The notes: generated from the sequence alone by a model not told the origin. Shown: positions 28,097 to 39,262, counted from the stretch's first letter. The stretch is 64,000 nucleotides of DNA from Polyangiaceae bacterium (GCA_050287085.1 JBNKBE010000018.1:1-64000); one strand, 5' to 3'. A program made the numbers and translations.

Positions 28097-30550
28097 ATGG
28101 ACCTCTCTTATCGCTGGCTCTGTGAGCTGCTTCCAGGGCTCCCCGCCGCTCCTGAGGTGGGGCAAAGACTGACCGAAGTTGGCCTAGAACTTGAGGAAGT
28201 TCGGGAATTTGGCCACGGTCTGGACGACGTCCGGATAGTGCGCGTAGAACGCGTCGAGCCCCATCCAAATCGCGACAAGCTGCAGTTGGTCACAGTCGCC
28301 CTCGCCGCCTCGGAACAGACCGTGGTCTGCGGCGCCTCGAATGTCCCAGCGCCCGGAGGCCTGGTTGTCCTCGCGCCGCTGGGCAGCTATCTGCCCGCGA
28401 TCGGATTGAAGCTAGAGCCGCGCAAGTTGGGTGGCATCATCAGCGAAGGCATGTTGTGTTCGGAGGCGGAGCTCGGTCTCGGAGACGGCAACGGCGGCAT
28501 CCTTGTGCTCTCTCCCGGGCGTTTTCCAGCCGGAACGGCCTTCTACGACGCTTTCCCGACCGCTCGCGATACGATCTTCACCATTGGCGTCACCCCCAAC
28601 CGCCCGGATGCGCTCGGCCATCTCGGTGTAGCGCGCGACCTGGCAGCAGTGCTCGAACTCGAGATCCACGCGCCACAGGTGGCGTGCCCCAAGACGGGCA
28701 CCGCCTTGCAGCCTCTGCGCGTGTTCAACCAAGCCCCGTCTCTGTGCCAGCGCTACGGGGGCCGGCGCATCGCTTCGGTCAAGCTCGGACCGTCACCCGA
28801 ATGGATGCGGTGGCGGCTGACGTCGCTTGGTGTTCGTCCGATCTCGAACGTCGTCGACGTAACCAACCTCGTCATGCTCGAATCGGGCAACCCCATGCAC
28901 GCCTTCGACGCTGCTCGCGTCCAAGGTGCAAGCCTCTTCATTCGACGAGCTGCCGACGGCGAGAAGCTCGCTACCCTCGACGGAGCCACCCGTGACTTGA
29001 GCTGCGACGATCTCGTGATCGCCGACGAGGCAACGCCACTTGCGCTTGCCGGCATCATGGGGGGTGAGAGCAGTGAAATCTCAGACGAGACCACCGAGGT
29101 ATTGCTCGAAGCGGCCTACTTCGAGCCAACTCAGATCCGCCGCAGCGCCCGCCGGCTGGGGCTCAGCAGTGAATCTAGCTTTCGCTTCGAGCGGGGGGTC
29201 GATCCAAGCCGCGTCGAGTGGTGTCTGGATCGCGCGGCACAGCTGCTTCGAGACCTGGCGGGCGGCATCCCGACGAGTGAAGTAGTCTTGGCCGAGGGGG
29301 ACGCCCTCGCAACGCCGCGTATTCGACTCCGAGCACAGCAGCTCTGCAGCCTACTGGGCCTGGAGATCGAATTTCCGCAAGCTCTGGCCATCCTCGAACG
29401 CCTGGGTTTTGCAACGCTGGAAAGCGATGAAACAAGCGCCTTGGTGCAAGGCGCCCCCCACCGCCCCGACGTTACGCTAGAGGCGGACCTCATCGAAGAA
29501 GTCCTACGGATCGTGGGCTTGGACGCGGTGCCATCGCGTATGCCGCGTATCCGACCCCAGCCGCCCAGTCGAGCAATTCAGATCATCCAAGAGGCGCGCG
29601 CGGCTGCTGTTGCTTGCGGCCTCTCTGAAGCGGTAACCTATAGCTTTGTGGCGCCGCAAGATCTTGCGCGCGCTCACGCCCCGGCCGCGAGCGTCACGCT
29701 CAAGAACCCCATGAGCGTTGAGCGAAGTGTTCTGACGACCAGCCTGCTGCCGGGACTGCTTGACTGCGCCTGTCGCGGGGAACGCCACGGTGTTCACAAC
29801 CAACGACTCTTCACGATAGCATCGCGTTTCCTCGCGCCGAGCGAATCGACAGACGACGGACCGCGTCCGCGAGCGGCCTCGGATTCGGAAAGACTGCCTC
29901 GTGAACGCATCAGCCTGTGCGCGTTGCTTCAAGGAGAGCGCAAAGCACATCTCGAGAAGGCTCAGCCGCTCGATGTCTTCGACGCCAAAGGCGTCGCGCT
30001 AGAAATGGTGCGGGCATTGACCGGCGAGGAAGCCAGCGTGGTCGCTTTGGGCCATGAACTGCCGCATCTGCACCCGCGGGGCGCCGCCCGCCTGCAGGTC
30101 GGCAACACGTCGGTCGGCTGCTTCGGCCCGCTGCACCCCGATGTTCGGGATGCTTTCGAGCTAACTCAACTGCCACTCATCATCGAACTCGACCTAGAAG
30201 CGTTGGAGAAGCTCGGAAAGAAACAAGCGCGCTTCACCCCGATCCCGCGCTTGCCGGCGGTCACCCGTGATGTCGCCGTCGAGACACCGCCGCAGCTGGC
30301 AGCGCGCGATCTGCTGGCAGCCATGGCAGAAAGCGCGGGCGAACTGTGCGAGTCGGTGGAGCTCTTCGACCGCTTCAGCAGCGAATCACTCGGAGAGAGA
30401 ACATCCCTCGCCTTCCGCTTGGTCTACCGGGACCCCAAAGCCGCAACCGATCCGGAGAACGCGAAAACCCTGACAGATAAGGTCGTCGACCGCGCACACA
30501 AGCAGGTGCTCACTGCGCTGCAGAAGCTGGGCGTGACGGTTCGCGCGTGA
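28097..30550 (+). CDS. pheT: Phenylalanine--tRNA ligase beta subunit
   Basis: LSYRWL, HPNRDKL, VVCGASNV, SEGMLCS, TPNRPDALGHLGVARD, RFERGVD, DLIEEV, C-terminal FDX-ACB (RDVAV, SLAFRLVYR). Confidence 0.96.
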   Translation: MDLSYRWLCELLPGLPAAPEVGQRLTEVGLELEEVREFGHGLDDVRIVRVERVEPHPNRDKLQLVTVALAASEQTVVCGASNVPAPGGLVVLAPLGSYLPAIGLKLEPRKLGGIISEGMLCSEAELGLGDGNGGILVLSPGRFPAGTAFYDAFPTARDTIFTIGVTPNRPDALGHLGVARDLAAVLELEIHAPQVACPKTGTALQPLRVFNQAPSLCQRYGGRRIASVKLGPSPEWMRWRLTSLGVRPISNVVDVTNLVMLESGNPMHAFDAARVQGASLFIRRAADGEKLATLDGATRDLSCDDLVIADEATPLALAGIMGGESSEISDETTEVLLEAAYFEPTQIRRSARRLGLSSESSFRFERGVDPSRVEWCLDRAAQLLRDLAGGIPTSEVVLAEGDALATPRIRLRAQQLCSLLGLEIEFPQALAILERLGFATLESDETSALVQGAPHRPDVTLEADLIEEVLRIVGLDAVPSRMPRIRPQPPSRAIQIIQEARAAAVACGLSEAVTYSFVAPQDLARAHAPAASVTLKNPMSVERSVLTTSLLPGLLDCACRGERHGVHNQRLFTIASRFLAPSESTDDGPRPRAASDSERLPRERISLCALLQGERKAHLEKAQPLDVFDAKGVALEMVRALTGEEASVVALGHELPHLHPRGAARLQVGNTSVGCFGPLHPDVRDAFELTQLPLIIELDLEALEKLGKKQARFTPIPRLPAVTRDVAVETPPQLAARDLLAAMAESAGELCESVELFDRFSSESLGERTSLAFRLVYRDPKAATDPENAKTLTDKVVDRAHKQVLTALQKLGVTVRA

Positions 30551-31383
30551 GCATAACGCGCATAGGACCGGCTCTTGAACGACCCGCGCGGGCGCACATG
30601 CGCCGTGCGCTCTTGCGCGTCGCAACGGCGCTGACTATCGCGGCGTGGTGGCTGACCGCAGCGGGGCTCGCGGGGGCGCAACAAGCCGCCACATCGCGGG
30701 CGCAATCCGCTCCTGCCGCCAGCCCCCCGATCGCAGGCACCACTCCGGCGGACGCCCCGACAACCAGCGCGGCGCCCGTCGAGCTGAGCACGCACTTCGG
30801 GGTGGTGGCGCGCCCGTTGCGCGGTGAAACAATCACGGTGGCTCCTGGCTTCGGCTGGAAAGTCGTTGCCCGCGTGGCGCTCACGCCTTGGCTCGGGATA
30901 GGGCTCGAAGGCGGACATGAAACCCACGCGGTCCACCTCGAGCGGGGCGCAATGGGCCTCTCGGATCGGCTTCAGCAGCCGGCCCTGGCCGCGCTGCGCA
31001 TCGGTGGTTTGATGTCGCTACGACATGCTCTCTCTCGTCGCTGGCAGCTCGAACTCGGCGCCGGAATCGCCTGGCTTCGCGTCACGGTGCCCCCCGCCAA
31101 GAACGACACCAACACCCTCGTGGTGCCGCAGCGCAATGGTGTGTTGCTCACGCTGCCACTCGCCCCGCGAGCACAGTACATCGTAGTACCCGGTCGGATC
31201 GCACTGTCAGCCCACGGTCTGTTCGCCTTGACCCTGCCCCAGCAAAGTGGGGAATTATTTGCCCACGATAGTGGCAGTTCCCAGGCACTGCGCCAAGATA
31301 GCGGAAACCTCGTACTGGTGGGCGGCTACCCACGCTTCGCCCACAGCTACGCTGCCTTTCTATCCCTCGACCTCTTGCTCTAA
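30547..31383 (+). CDS. Hypothetical secreted protein, probable outer-membrane beta-barrel
   Basis: GTGA overlap with pheT (alternative ATG at 30598), signal peptide, amphipathic strands, C-terminal FLSLDLLL. Confidence 0.6.
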   Translation: MSITRIGPALERPARAHMRRALLRVATALTIAAWWLTAAGLAGAQQAATSRAQSAPAASPPIAGTTPADAPTTSAAPVELSTHFGVVARPLRGETITVAPGFGWKVVARVALTPWLGIGLEGGHETHAVHLERGAMGLSDRLQQPALAALRIGGLMSLRHALSRRWQLELGAGIAWLRVTVPPAKNDTNTLVVPQRNGVLLTLPLAPRAQYIVVPGRIALSAHGLFALTLPQQSGELFAHDSGSSQALRQDSGNLVLVGGYPRFAHSYAAFLSLDLLL

Positions 31384-31458
31384 GCCACAGAACTCCCCTT
31401 CGGCCACCCCTCTTGAACCGGGCCGACACAACCCATTGGCGCGGCGCGACACCGAAAT

Positions 31459-33564
31459 ATGAGTGATGCCGCACCCGAAGAAGCAGCCCCAACAGCCATT
31501 GCCATGAGCGACCCCGCCAATCCTCTGCTCGATCTGCGATCCACCATTGCTTTCGATCGCATCGATGCAAGCCACGTCCGACCTGCCATCACCCAACTGT
31601 TGAAGCAGGCCGAGGATAATCTGCTCGCCATCGAGCAAGAAGACGCCCCGCCCAGCTACGCGGGTACGCTCGGTGCACTCGACGCTGCGACGCTCGACCT
31701 GCGGACCGCGATGGGGGTCGTCGACCATCTAGAGTCTGTCAAGAGCTCAGACAGCCTGCGCGAGGTGTACAACGCGGTGCAGCCTGAAGTTAGCGCATTC
31801 TACGCGGGAATTCCGCTGCGGGAGAAGCTGTGGAAACGCATTCAGGCATTCGCCGAAACAGCGGAGGCCCGAAATCTCGACGGACCCAAAGCACGCCATT
31901 TGCAGCTGACTCTCAACGACTTCAAGCGCAGTGGTGCGGAACTCCCCGCAGAAGGCAAAGCGCGATTGCAAGCCATCAGCCGAGAACTTGCAGAGCTTAC
32001 GGCTCGCTTCGGCCAGAATGTCTTGGACGAAACGGCTCGCTTCGAACACGTCGAAGAGGACGAAACGCGCTTAGCGGGTCTGCCCGCGGCCGCCGTCGAC
32101 GCCGCGCGAGCCGACGCTGAGAGCAAGGGCAAGGCCGGATATCGCTTCACGCTGCAAGGCCCCAGCCTGATGCCAGTCATGACTTATCTCGAGGCCCGCG
32201 ACATTCGGGAGCGCGTGTGGCGAGCTTACAACACGCGCGCGAGCGGAGGCACGACCAACAATGTGCCGATTATCGAGAATATCCTACGGCTGCGGACAGA
32301 GCAGGCGAAGCTACTCGGCTACGAGAACTTCGCTGAGATGGTTCTCGAAGACCGAATGGCAAAGACGGCGACACAGGCGCGTGACTTCGTCGCGGACCTG
32401 AGGGACCGCAGCGAACGCGCATTTCAACGAGAAACCAACGAGCTGCACGCCTATGCACAGCAGCTCTCGCCTCCCTCTGGAGCCCCCCTGCAGCCCTGGG
32501 ACGTGGGCTACTACGCCGAAAAAGAACGGAAGGCGCGCTACGATTTCGACGAGGAGCTTCTGCGCCCCTACTTTGCGATCCAAAACGTGCTTTCCGGCCT
32601 CTTTGAGATCGCGACTCGTTTGTACGGCATCGCCATTTCCCCCAACAATGACCTGCCGCGCTGGCACGAGAGTGTTCAGGCATTTGATATTCACGACGAC
32701 CAAAACCGACACATTGCGAGCTTCTACGCGGACTTGTACCCGCGCGAAGAAAAGCGCGGCGGGGCCTGGATGAACTACTTCATCTCCGGTGTTGTCGACG
32801 AGCGGAGCGGCGAAATGAGTCCGCACTTGGGCCTCATTTGCGCCAACGTGACGCCACCGCTGGGCGACAAGCCCGCCTTGCTATCTCATGGCGAAGTCAC
32901 GACGCTGTTCCATGAGTTCGGACATCTACTGCACCACTGCCTGAGTCGAGTTACGGTTCCTGCGCTGGTAGGCACGAACGTGGCTTGGGACTTCGTAGAG
33001 CTGCCGTCGCAGATCATGGAAAACTGGTGTTGGGAACGAGGCGCCCTGGACGCCTTCGCGCGACATTGGGAGAGCGGAGAAGCTGTTCCGCAGGCTCTAT
33101 TTGATAGCATGACCCGAGCTCGTACGTATCGCGCCGCTAGTGCAATGATGCGTCAGCTCAGCTTTGCCGACGTCGACCTCTCGCTGCACGTTGACTATAC
33201 CGTGGGGGGCGAAGAGGACCTGCTGGACTTCGCCCGGCGCATCATGCAGCGCTATGCGCCAACGCCCTTTCCCGACGACTACGCCATGCTGGCGAGCTTC
33301 ACGCACCTGTTCTCGAGTCCGGTTGGCTACGCAGCTGGATACTACTCATACAAGTGGGCGGAGGTGCTCGACGCAGACGCCTTCACCCGCTTCAAGACCG
33401 AAGGCATCTTCAACCGCGAAACAGGTCGTGCCTTCCTGGACTCGATTCTCGGTCGAGGCAATACCCGAGACCCCAGTGACCTGTATCGGGAGTTCATGGG
33501 GCGTGAGCCGGACTTGAATCCGCTGCTCGAGCGGAGCGGACTGGCCAGCGCAGCCTCGCTCTGA
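31459..33564 (+). CDS. prlC: Oligopeptidase A (M3 metallopeptidase)
   Basis: NPLL, KRGGAWM, TLFHEFGHLLH, WDFVELPSQIMENW, YAAGYYSYKWAEVLDADAF. Confidence 0.93.
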   Translation: MSDAAPEEAAPTAIAMSDPANPLLDLRSTIAFDRIDASHVRPAITQLLKQAEDNLLAIEQEDAPPSYAGTLGALDAATLDLRTAMGVVDHLESVKSSDSLREVYNAVQPEVSAFYAGIPLREKLWKRIQAFAETAEARNLDGPKARHLQLTLNDFKRSGAELPAEGKARLQAISRELAELTARFGQNVLDETARFEHVEEDETRLAGLPAAAVDAARADAESKGKAGYRFTLQGPSLMPVMTYLEARDIRERVWRAYNTRASGGTTNNVPIIENILRLRTEQAKLLGYENFAEMVLEDRMAKTATQARDFVADLRDRSERAFQRETNELHAYAQQLSPPSGAPLQPWDVGYYAEKERKARYDFDEELLRPYFAIQNVLSGLFEIATRLYGIAISPNNDLPRWHESVQAFDIHDDQNRHIASFYADLYPREEKRGGAWMNYFISGVVDERSGEMSPHLGLICANVTPPLGDKPALLSHGEVTTLFHEFGHLLHHCLSRVTVPALVGTNVAWDFVELPSQIMENWCWERGALDAFARHWESGEAVPQALFDSMTRARTYRAASAMMRQLSFADVDLSLHVDYTVGGEEDLLDFARRIMQRYAPTPFPDDYAMLASFTHLFSSPVGYAAGYYSYKWAEVLDADAFTRFKTEGIFNRETGRAFLDSILGRGNTRDPSDLYREFMGREPDLNPLLERSGLASAASL

Positions 33565-33676
33565 GGCGCGCCGAACGGTGGGCTGGGTATTCGGCCAAGC
33601 CCAGGTGCGGGTCGTCGGACTGCAAAACTGCGCGGCGACCTACCGCATCGAGTTCGGTTGTTGAATACTTCCGGCA

Positions 33677-35449
33677 GTGAGTGCCTCCATCCGTCCCACC
33701 TCCACCCGCACCATCGGCGTCATAGCCGACTGGTACGACGAACACTACCAACACACGATTCTCTCGACGCTCGAGGAGGCAACAGCTCAGCGGGGGGTTA
33801 GCTTGAGAGCGTTCGCGTGCGGGATCCCAGGTTCAGACGTACGTCAAAGCTCACTGCGAAGCCGAGCTCTGCAGCTGGCATCACCGCACAACGTCGACGG
33901 CGTGGTGGTGCTTGCAGGCACTCTGGTCAACGAACTGGGAGTGGATGGCATCGCCGCCCTGCTTGCGCCCCTCTCCGCGGTGCCGCGCTGCGCGCTCGGA
34001 GTGGAACTCCCGGGGGTCCCCAGCATCGTCATCGACAACCAGGCCGGTGTAGATCAAGCGATGCGACACTTGGTTGAACACCACGGTTGCAAGCAGGTCG
34101 CTTTCATTCGCGGCCCCAATAAGAACACCGAGGCGGAATCGCGATTTTGCGCCTATCGCGAAGCGCTCGAGCGCGAAGCGATCGCCTACGACGAAAGACT
34201 GACGTTCCAAGGCGATTTCCTTTCGGCCTCTGGAGTCGCTGCCATTGCGCACTTTCGGGAACACGGATTGATGCCGCAAGCCATTATCGCGGCCAACGAC
34301 GTGATGGCCTTGGGCGCCCAGCAGGCGCTCGTGGCGGCGGGCGTGCGAATCCCGGAGCAAATTCGGGTCATCGGCTTCGATGATATTGCCCTCGCGCGGA
34401 GCGGCAATCCGCCACTGACCACGGTCCGTCAACCGCTGAGCGAGCTTGCGGTAGCCAGTGTGCGCACCGTCATGGATCAACTTGGGGGTCGCGAGGTGCC
34501 GCTCGTGCAGATGCTGCAAACACATCTGGTGGTCCGCGACTCATGCGGCTGCGAGATTCGGCTTACCTCCTCAGGTCGCTCGGTTCTACCGGACGAGGAA
34601 GGTCCGAGTAATAGCCACGGATTTGAATCGGAATTTCAGCGAGCGAGGCCCGCACTCCGCCGAGAGCTGGCCCGCATCGCACGAGGCGAGCTCCTATCTG
34701 TACCAGACTGGGAGAACTCCTTGATGAACGCCTTCCAGCACCAAGTTCTCACTAGCGATGAATCCTTCGCCCAAACGTTGCGTCAGTTTCTCAGTCAGAG
34801 CGCTGACACCGAAGGACGGATCGCACGCTTCCACGACATCGTCACCGCTTTTCGACGGACGGCACTCTCCTGCGCTGGGTCCGACGCCGACGCACGCAGT
34901 CGACTCGAGAACATGCTGCACGAAGCACGCCTCATCGTCGCCAGGGCGGTCGAACGCAAACACCGCGAGCAACTGATGGCCTCGCAAAGCGATATCCGTG
35001 CCGTATTGCGCTCGGCAGCAGCCGTGACGGGAGCCTTCAGCTTCGAAGCACTCCAAAAGGCCCTGATGCAGAACCTCTCATCCATCGGGGTCACGGCCTG
35101 TATCATCGTCGGTTACCTTCCGCTTCAGCTCGGCGCGTCGCGGCCGCCGAATGCTCCCCCTCCCCGCTCGCGCGTGCTCGCGGCCGTTGTGCAAGATGGC
35201 CCCGAAATCCGCACGCAGGGCATCGGAACCGAGTTCGAAACAGAAACGCTGGTGCCAAACACGCTCCTCCCTAGCGATCGCGCGCACCATGCGAGCGTGC
35301 TGCCGCTCTTTCACCGTGGAGCTGAAATGGGCTATTGTGTCGTGGAGTCGCGGCGGCGCTCGACGCCCGTTTTTGAACTGCTGAGAGAACAGCTCAGTGT
35401 AGCCGTCTACGGCTGTCTGCTCGCAAGCGAAGACGGTCTCAGCGCCTAG
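33677..35449 (+). CDS. LacI/GalR-type ligand-binding domain protein lacking the HTH, with a helical region and a GAF-like C-terminus
   Basis: TIGVI..., SIVIDNQAG, VAFIRGP, AANDVMALG, VIGFDD, PPLTTVRQP, LVVRDSCGC. No N-terminal HTH and no output domain. Confidence 0.8.
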   Translation: MSASIRPTSTRTIGVIADWYDEHYQHTILSTLEEATAQRGVSLRAFACGIPGSDVRQSSLRSRALQLASPHNVDGVVVLAGTLVNELGVDGIAALLAPLSAVPRCALGVELPGVPSIVIDNQAGVDQAMRHLVEHHGCKQVAFIRGPNKNTEAESRFCAYREALEREAIAYDERLTFQGDFLSASGVAAIAHFREHGLMPQAIIAANDVMALGAQQALVAAGVRIPEQIRVIGFDDIALARSGNPPLTTVRQPLSELAVASVRTVMDQLGGREVPLVQMLQTHLVVRDSCGCEIRLTSSGRSVLPDEEGPSNSHGFESEFQRARPALRRELARIARGELLSVPDWENSLMNAFQHQVLTSDESFAQTLRQFLSQSADTEGRIARFHDIVTAFRRTALSCAGSDADARSRLENMLHEARLIVARAVERKHREQLMASQSDIRAVLRSAAAVTGAFSFEALQKALMQNLSSIGVTACIIVGYLPLQLGASRPPNAPPPRSRVLAAVVQDGPEIRTQGIGTEFETETLVPNTLLPSDRAHHASVLPLFHRGAEMGYCVVESRRRSTPVFELLREQLSVAVYGCLLASEDGLSA

Positions 35450-35476
35450 CCGTCGGTTCCCACGAGGGTGGCGGCC

Positions 35477-35547
35477 GCGCCCTGCCGCGCCTGCGCCCTG
35501 CCGCGCCTGCGCCCTGCCGCGCCTGCGCCCTGCCGCGCCTGCGCCTG
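35477..35547. repeat. Intergenic tandem repeat GCGCCCTGCCGCGCCT x4 plus a partial copy
   Basis: Exact 16-bp copies at 35477, 35493, 35509 and 35525. Confidence 0.92.
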
Positions 35548-35716
35548 CTCTACACCCGCGCCCTCCCTGCTACGCTGGCGCCCGGCTGCGGTACTCGAAA
35601 GCTCCTCCCGCAAGACCGAATCCGCCGGCACAGCGTGGGGGCGATCCTGCTCCCAAAGGCTCAGCTCATAGCGGACTCCCCGTGACTGGCGCCACGCGGG
35701 CTGATATTGAGCAGTG

Positions 35717-37324
35717 ATGCGGAGAACGTTTGTGCTGACGCTCCTTGGCTTGTTCGCATGGGTGGGTTTTGGAACCTACCTGTGGTCCCCGATGGGATTC
35801 GCACTGGGTCCGCTTGTCCTCGTCTTGCTGGTGGGTCTTGCGGACATGACCCAAACCCGCCATGCCATTCGGAGGAACTTCCCTTTCATCGGGCATGCTC
35901 GCTACCTGCTAGAAAAGGTTCGCCCGGAAATCAATCAGTACTTCGTAGAGTCCAACACGGATGGCAGACCATTTAGCCGTGAGTTGCGCTCGGTGGTCTA
36001 CCAGCGCGCGAAAGGTGAACTGGACACCGTCCCTTTTGGCACGCAGCTCGATCTGTACGAAGTGGGTGCGGAATGGCTCACGCACTCGCTCGCTCCGCGC
36101 CCAGTACCCTCCGAGGCGCCGCGCATCCTCATCGGCGAAAAGCAATGCAAGCAACCGTACAGCGCATCCATGCTGAACGTCTCCGCGATGAGCTATGGCT
36201 CGCTCAGCAAGAACGCAATACTCGCCCTGAGTCGTGGGGCAAAAGCCGGTGGCTTTGCTCACAACACCGGTGAGGGCGGAGTGAGCGACTACCACCGAGA
36301 GGGCGGCGCTGACCTCATCTGGCAGCTCGGTACTGGCTACTTCGGCTGTCGCAACGACGACGGCACTTTCAGCGAACAACTGTTTGCGGAGACCGCTCGG
36401 ACTCCGCAGATCAAGATGATAGAGATCAAGTTGTCTCAAGGTGCCAAGCCGGCCCACGGCGGCATTCTTCCGGCAAGCAAGCTGACACCAGAAATTGCGA
36501 GAATCCGCAGGGTGAAGATGGGACAGGATGTCCTCAGCCCCCCCGCACATTCAGCATTCCAGACGCCACTTCAGCTCGTTGCATTCGTCGACAAGCTGCG
36601 TGAACTGAGTGGTGGAAAGCCCGTCGGGTTGAAGATCTGTATCGGACAACGTCGTGAATTTTTCGCGCTTTGCAAGGCGATGGTCCTGACCGGAAGCCAT
36701 CCGGACTACATTCAAGTCGACGGCGCCGAGGGGGGAACGGGAGCTGCTCCCCTCGAGTTTTCGAACAGCTTGGGCATCCCGCTCACGGACGCCTTGATCT
36801 TCGTTCACAACGCATTGGTTGGCGTCGGCCTGCGCAACGACATCAAACTCATCGCCTCCGGCAAGGTATTGACCGGTTTCAACATGGCCCGACTCGCCGC
36901 AATGGGTGCCGACATGTGCCATTCGGCTCGCGCCATGATGATGGCCCTCGGATGTATCCAAGCTAGGCGCTGCAACTCCAACGATTGTCCGACTGGAGTA
37001 GCGACTCAGGATCCCGACCTGGTCTACGGCCTCGACGTTCGGGACAAGGCCGAACGCGTCGCGCGCTACCACGCCGAGACCATGCATAGCTTCTTGGAGC
37101 TCGTCGCGGCGTGTGGCGTCGACCACCCGGAACAACTCAAACCGCGGAACCTCCACCGACGCGTGAGCGCAACGGAGATTCGTACCTACGCCCAGATCTA
37201 CCACTACGTCGCTCCCGGATGCCTCGAACGCGGCGAAATCCCGGAGGATTGGAAGGGTCTTTGGGACTGGGCGAGCGCTGAGACCTTCGAACCAGTGGCG
37301 CCCGAAAACGCGCGGTCGGCCTAG
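35717..37324 (+). CDS. FMN-binding glutamate synthase family protein (membrane-anchored)
   Basis: N-terminal TMs, NVSAMSYGSLS, HNTGEGG, EIKLSQGAKPAHGG, DGAEGGTGAAP, CIQARRCNSNDCPTG Fe-S motif. Confidence 0.93.
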   Translation: MRRTFVLTLLGLFAWVGFGTYLWSPMGFALGPLVLVLLVGLADMTQTRHAIRRNFPFIGHARYLLEKVRPEINQYFVESNTDGRPFSRELRSVVYQRAKGELDTVPFGTQLDLYEVGAEWLTHSLAPRPVPSEAPRILIGEKQCKQPYSASMLNVSAMSYGSLSKNAILALSRGAKAGGFAHNTGEGGVSDYHREGGADLIWQLGTGYFGCRNDDGTFSEQLFAETARTPQIKMIEIKLSQGAKPAHGGILPASKLTPEIARIRRVKMGQDVLSPPAHSAFQTPLQLVAFVDKLRELSGGKPVGLKICIGQRREFFALCKAMVLTGSHPDYIQVDGAEGGTGAAPLEFSNSLGIPLTDALIFVHNALVGVGLRNDIKLIASGKVLTGFNMARLAAMGADMCHSARAMMMALGCIQARRCNSNDCPTGVATQDPDLVYGLDVRDKAERVARYHAETMHSFLELVAACGVDHPEQLKPRNLHRRVSATEIRTYAQIYHYVAPGCLERGEIPEDWKGLWDWASAETFEPVAPENARSA

Positions 37325-37390
37325 GGGCCGCATGACCGAGTTGGCGCTTTTCTATGGGATGGCCCGAGCTCCACCACTAAGTTCTCGGCC

Positions 37391-39262
37391 ATGAAAGGCT
37401 ATCGCAGTCGCACTTCTACTCACGGTCGCAACATGGCCGGAGCGCGTTCCCTTTGGCGGGCAACCGGCATGACGGATGCCGATTTTGAGAAGCCGATCAT
37501 CGCCATCGCCAACAGCTTCACCCAGTTCGTCCCCGGTCACGTCCATCTGCATGAGATCGGCCAACGCGTAAAAGCCGTCATCGACTCGGTCGGTGGATAC
37601 GGAGTCGAGTTCAACACCATCGCTGTCGATGACGGCATCGCAATGGGGCATGATGGCATGCTCTACTCGTTGCCAAGTCGAGACCTCATCGCAGACAGCG
37701 TTGAATACATGGTCAATGCGCACTGCGCCGACGCATTGATCTGCATTTCCAACTGCGACAAAATTACCCCGGGCATGTTGATGGCGGCAATGCGACTCAA
37801 CATTCCGACCATCTTCGTATCCGGCGGTCCGATGGAGGCCGGCAAGATCACGGGAACACACGACGCGTCTGGTAAGGCGCTGGTAAGAAAGCTCGACTTG
37901 ATCGATGCGATGATCGCAGCGGGAGACGAAAACGTCTCCGATAGCGAACTAGGTAAGCTAGAGCGCTCCGCTTGCCCCACGTGTGGCTCTTGTTCCGGCA
38001 TGTTCACAGCCAACAGCATGAACTGCCTCAATGAAGCGCTCGGGATGGGCCTCCCAGGCAACGGCACACTGCTGGCTACCCACCGACTACGATGGGAATT
38101 GTTCGAGGCTGCTGGCAAGCGCATCGTCGAGCTCGCCCGCAGGCACTACCTCGATGAGGACACCAGCGTGCTGCCGCGCAGTATTGCTACTTTCCAAGCC
38201 TTCGAAAACGCTATGGCTCTGGACATCGCAATGGGCGGGTCAACCAATACCGTACTGCACCTGCTCGCAATAGCCCACGAGGCTGGCGTTGATTTCACAA
38301 TGGCGGATATCGATCGCTTATCGCGGCGTGTACCGAACCTATGCAAGGTGGCCCCGTCCTCTCACTACCATGTCGAAGACGTTCACCGCGCGGGGGGCAT
38401 CTTCACCATCTTGGGTGAACTCGATCGAATCGGATTGTTTCACCGCGATATTCCCTGCGTGCACGCCGCGACTATGGGCGCCGCCCTAGACGCCAATGAT
38501 TTGCGCAGCGCGGAAGCCACCGACGCCGCCCGGCGGCGTGCGCTCGCGGCTCCCGGCGGCGTTCGCACGACCGTTGCGTTCTCCCAAGACAAGTACTTCG
38601 CTGAAGTCGATGCTAACGCCGCTAGCGGCTGCATCCGAGATGGGGCCCACGCCTACAGCCAAGACGGCGGCCTAGCTGTGTTGTACGGCAACATCGCGCT
38701 GGATGGCTGTATCGTAAAGACGGCAGGCGTTGACGCCAGCATCTTGGAATTCGAAGGCCGAGCGCGCGTCTTTCACTCGCAGGACACCGCCTGCGAAGCC
38801 ATCCTGGCCGATCGCGTCGTGGCCGGCGACGTGGTCGTCATCGTCTATGAAGGCCCCAAGGGTGGTCCCGGCATGCAAGAAATGCTGTATCCAACCTCGT
38901 TTCTGAAATCCAAAGGACTTGGCAAGGCTTGCGCCCTGATCACGGATGGTCGGTTTAGTGGTGGCACAGCTGGACTGAGCATCGGACACGTTTCGCCAGA
39001 AGCGGCCGAAGGGGGCGCCATCGGATTGATCGAAGAGGGCGATCGGATCCACATCGACATCCCCCGGCGCAGCATCTCACTTGTCATCAGCGACGAGGAG
39101 CTCGCCAGCCGCAGAAGCAGAGAGATGGCTCGGGGAGCAAACGCCTTCCGCCCCAATAGGGCTCGAACCGTTTCGGTGGCGCTGCAGGCTTACGCTGCTA
39201 TGGCTACAAGCGCGGCCCGCGGCGCAGTCCGTGACATCTCGCAATTGATCAAGAGCCGCTAG
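37391..39262 (+). CDS. ilvD: Dihydroxy-acid dehydratase
   Basis: [74 protein letters not shown]. Confidence 0.97.
   Translation: MKGYRSRTSTHGRNMAGARSLWRATGMTDADFEKPIIAIANSFTQFVPGHVHLHEIGQRVKAVIDSVGGYGVEFNTIAVDDGIAMGHDGMLYSLPSRDLIADSVEYMVNAHCADALICISNCDKITPGMLMAAMRLNIPTIFVSGGPMEAGKITGTHDASGKALVRKLDLIDAMIAAGDENVSDSELGKLERSACPTCGSCSGMFTANSMNCLNEALGMGLPGNGTLLATHRLRWELFEAAGKRIVELARRHYLDEDTSVLPRSIATFQAFENAMALDIAMGGSTNTVLHLLAIAHEAGVDFTMADIDRLSRRVPNLCKVAPSSHYHVEDVHRAGGIFTILGELDRIGLFHRDIPCVHAATMGAALDANDLRSAEATDAARRRALAAPGGVRTTVAFSQDKYFAEVDANAASGCIRDGAHAYSQDGGLAVLYGNIALDGCIVKTAGVDASILEFEGRARVFHSQDTACEAILADRVVAGDVVVIVYEGPKGGPGMQEMLYPTSFLKSKGLGKACALITDGRFSGGTAGLSIGHVSPEAAEGGAIGLIEEGDRIHIDIPRRSISLVISDEELASRRSREMARGANAFRPNRARTVSVALQAYAAMATSAARGAVRDISQLIKSR

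Noticed and set aside
35477..35547. Tandem repeats (here and at 4286, 14907) as CRISPR arrays
   Set aside because: Units are short and directly adjacent, with no unique spacers and no cas genes
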